Position numbers and translations under genes: made by a program. The notes under the pieces are model-generated. The model saw only the letters and a list, made by a program, of their open reading frames with translations, made no database searches and was not told the origin of the DNA. From positions 496,001 to 560,000 of the forward strand of contig JAYWIR010000028.1 in the NCBI GenBank assembly GCA_036172245.1: a stretch of 64,000 nt of DNA, written 5' to 3'. This stretch comes from Raillietiella orientalis. Taxonomy: Eukaryota. Below, in pieces: positions 62,023 through 64,000 of the stretch. Every line of letters begins with the position of its first letter. Position 1 is the stretch's first letter.

Positions 62023-64000
62023 GTTTGCCTTGCTGACGTCATTAAGACCGGAATTCAGTAACGTGATGGTGGCGCGCTGGCAAATAAAACTTGTCACTCG
62101 CGCTGGCGGTAAATAAAGCGGAAAAAATTAGGGAAGAATTCTTAATATCTTTTGTAAACGGCAAATATTTACACGGCACGAGGTACATAAAAACACGCCC
62201 ACTAAGGACTCTGTATAATCGCGCGTATGAGCTCAATGCATGATCACTCAAGTGTGTGAGGAGCAAACTGCGACCGGGAGAGCAAGGAGCACTCCGGCTG
62301 CTGCGTCCCCCCTTTCCGCCTTCCACGTGGAAACCACGGATCCTCGGCGCGACGACACCTTACCTGGAGTCAACCCAGCGATCCTTCGTATGCTCCATGA
62401 ACGCAGCTGACCAAGTTCCTGGACGCTCAGTCTTACTACACAGAGACCGTAGGCGAGGGTCACTCTGACGAAATCGGCCACCGTGTCATCGTCTTGTTTG
62501 GTCGCACAGGTAATATCGCAAAACACGTCATTCGCCAGCAACGTCGAACGTTCGCCACATTTCACAGTATCACAGAGGTCGTAGATTCGTTCGGCATCGC
62601 ACTGAAACTTCTTGCAAGGACTGAGATGTAAACAGCATGACCAGTAGCCAAACTGACTGCCGGAGGAATGTCTTTCCTTTTTCTGTTCCGAACGGACCGT
62701 CACCGAAGAAGGACTATGGACACTTTGCTCGGCATTGCGAGTTTCCATGCAGCAGTGGGAAGAAGCCGATGCGTTCAGAGTCATTCGTTAGCTTACATCC
62801 TTCAGGATCGGAGATTTTTTCATGATCGCTGCTTACAAATGTATCTTTTCGTCCGAGGGCTCTCCTATGACGGAGCAACGTAACACCACAAGCTGATGCA
62901 GATGGTGCATCACTCCATGCTTTTCGCGCGTACACTAACTACAAAAAGCATCACAACTGTTTCCTGAAAGTACACAAAGGCCGAGTCATCGAAATTGCCA
63001 GGGAAACACAGTGCAGTCGCACACACACACACACACATGGAGTTGCGTACTGCCACCACGGACGTACAAAGTGATATACGCGGGGGAGAGCCTTCGGGAG
63101 ATTGCATTTTGCTTCGTTTTTCACAAACTCCGAGAGAGCAGCGAGCACGTTGCTATAGGGGATGCATCACAACTCGTTCGCTATTGGAACTGCTTTTCAC
63201 ACACACACACACACACACATATATATGTGTATATACATATATATATGTTTACTTGTATGTTTGTTCGAAACAGTAAGCAAATGCAATGCGAAAATCATAC
63301 AAAGATGGAAACAAAATCTGATAACTTTATATATATATATATATATGTATATAATGATGATCAGAGATCAAGACCTTGCGTGGCGACTTTATTGTGAAAA
63401 AAACAAAAAAAAAAGGGGGGGCGGCGGGGAGGGGGGGGGGGAACAAAAAACAAAAAACAACAACAACAAAGAAAAAGGCAGTCTTTCCAGGGAGCACAGA
63501 GAGAGATGCACACATTGATTTCTGGTTGCAAATGAATCGAAATGACTTACTGACTGCTCAAACATCCGTTCTTAATTAGGCATGCGGACAAAACGGAAAG
63601 CTACGGATTCTTATATGGCAAGAAATCGTGGGTTCGATCGGGTAAAGAAGCAAAAACTACGTCCCCACCATCAGCACACTATTCCATGATGTGGGATTAC
63701 ATACGGATTTCGATCCATCGGAAATCGGCCACACTCATACACCGCCACAGCTCTCTCGGCAAATACACTGCGAAGCTGTACTGATCGGATGAGCGCGGCT
63801 GCGGGAGAGTATATGGCACGAGCGGCAGCGTTAGCCTCCCTGCCGGGTTTACGGCCAAGCGCCGCTCAACCATACGTTGCCAGTGGTTACCGGTAAACTT
63901 TGTTTCTTGTTGCGGGCTGCTGCTGCTGCCCGCATTCCGGGATCGCGGGAACCGCACGCGCGGCCCCGGGTGGTCCCCGGAAGGCCCCGGGGGTCGCTCC

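Noticed and set aside
1..64000. CRISPR array, tRNA, rRNA, intact transposon or prokaryotic defence/retron system
   Set aside because: No regularly spaced repeats, cloverleaf, rRNA signature, intact transposase or RT ORF, or operon structure was seen. The DNA is spliceosomal-intron eukaryotic sequence.

Overview
Eukaryotic, intron-containing genomic DNA, most likely from an arthropod (inferred from a Spitz/Keren-type EGF ligand). No prokaryotic-style system is present: no CRISPR array, operon, rRNA or tRNA was seen. Four protein-coding genes can be rebuilt exon by exon with canonical GT-AG sites and matching phases. (1) An alpha-crystallin small heat-shock protein (+, 2937-3426, 2 exons, TATA box and HSE-like promoter). 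(2) A convergent DNAJB12/14-type ER co-chaperone (-, 9302-4528, 5 coding exons). (3) An M14B metallocarboxypeptidase of the carboxypeptidase E/EGL-21 type (+, 18440 to about 47150, at least 9 exons, including an 18.65 kb intron). (4) A convergent spitz/Keren-like EGFR ligand (-, about 54450-51263; the 5' exon is uncertain). Base composition changes sharply, from an AT-rich, CpG-poor DNAJB12 gene body to a very GC- and CpG-rich block of about 35 kb around the carboxypeptidase. Most of the long ORFs in the supplied track over that block are GC artefacts. The best leads are a candidate alternative terminal exon plus poly(A) island in carboxypeptidase intron 3, a Trp/Gly-rich insertion in the enzyme, clustered CRE/MEF2/RFX/Hox motifs, a pre-miRNA-sized intronic hairpin, a purine-ended micro-intron in the sHSP, and traces of heavily decayed retroelements. 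All of these are hypotheses from visual reading; none is a demonstrated new system.
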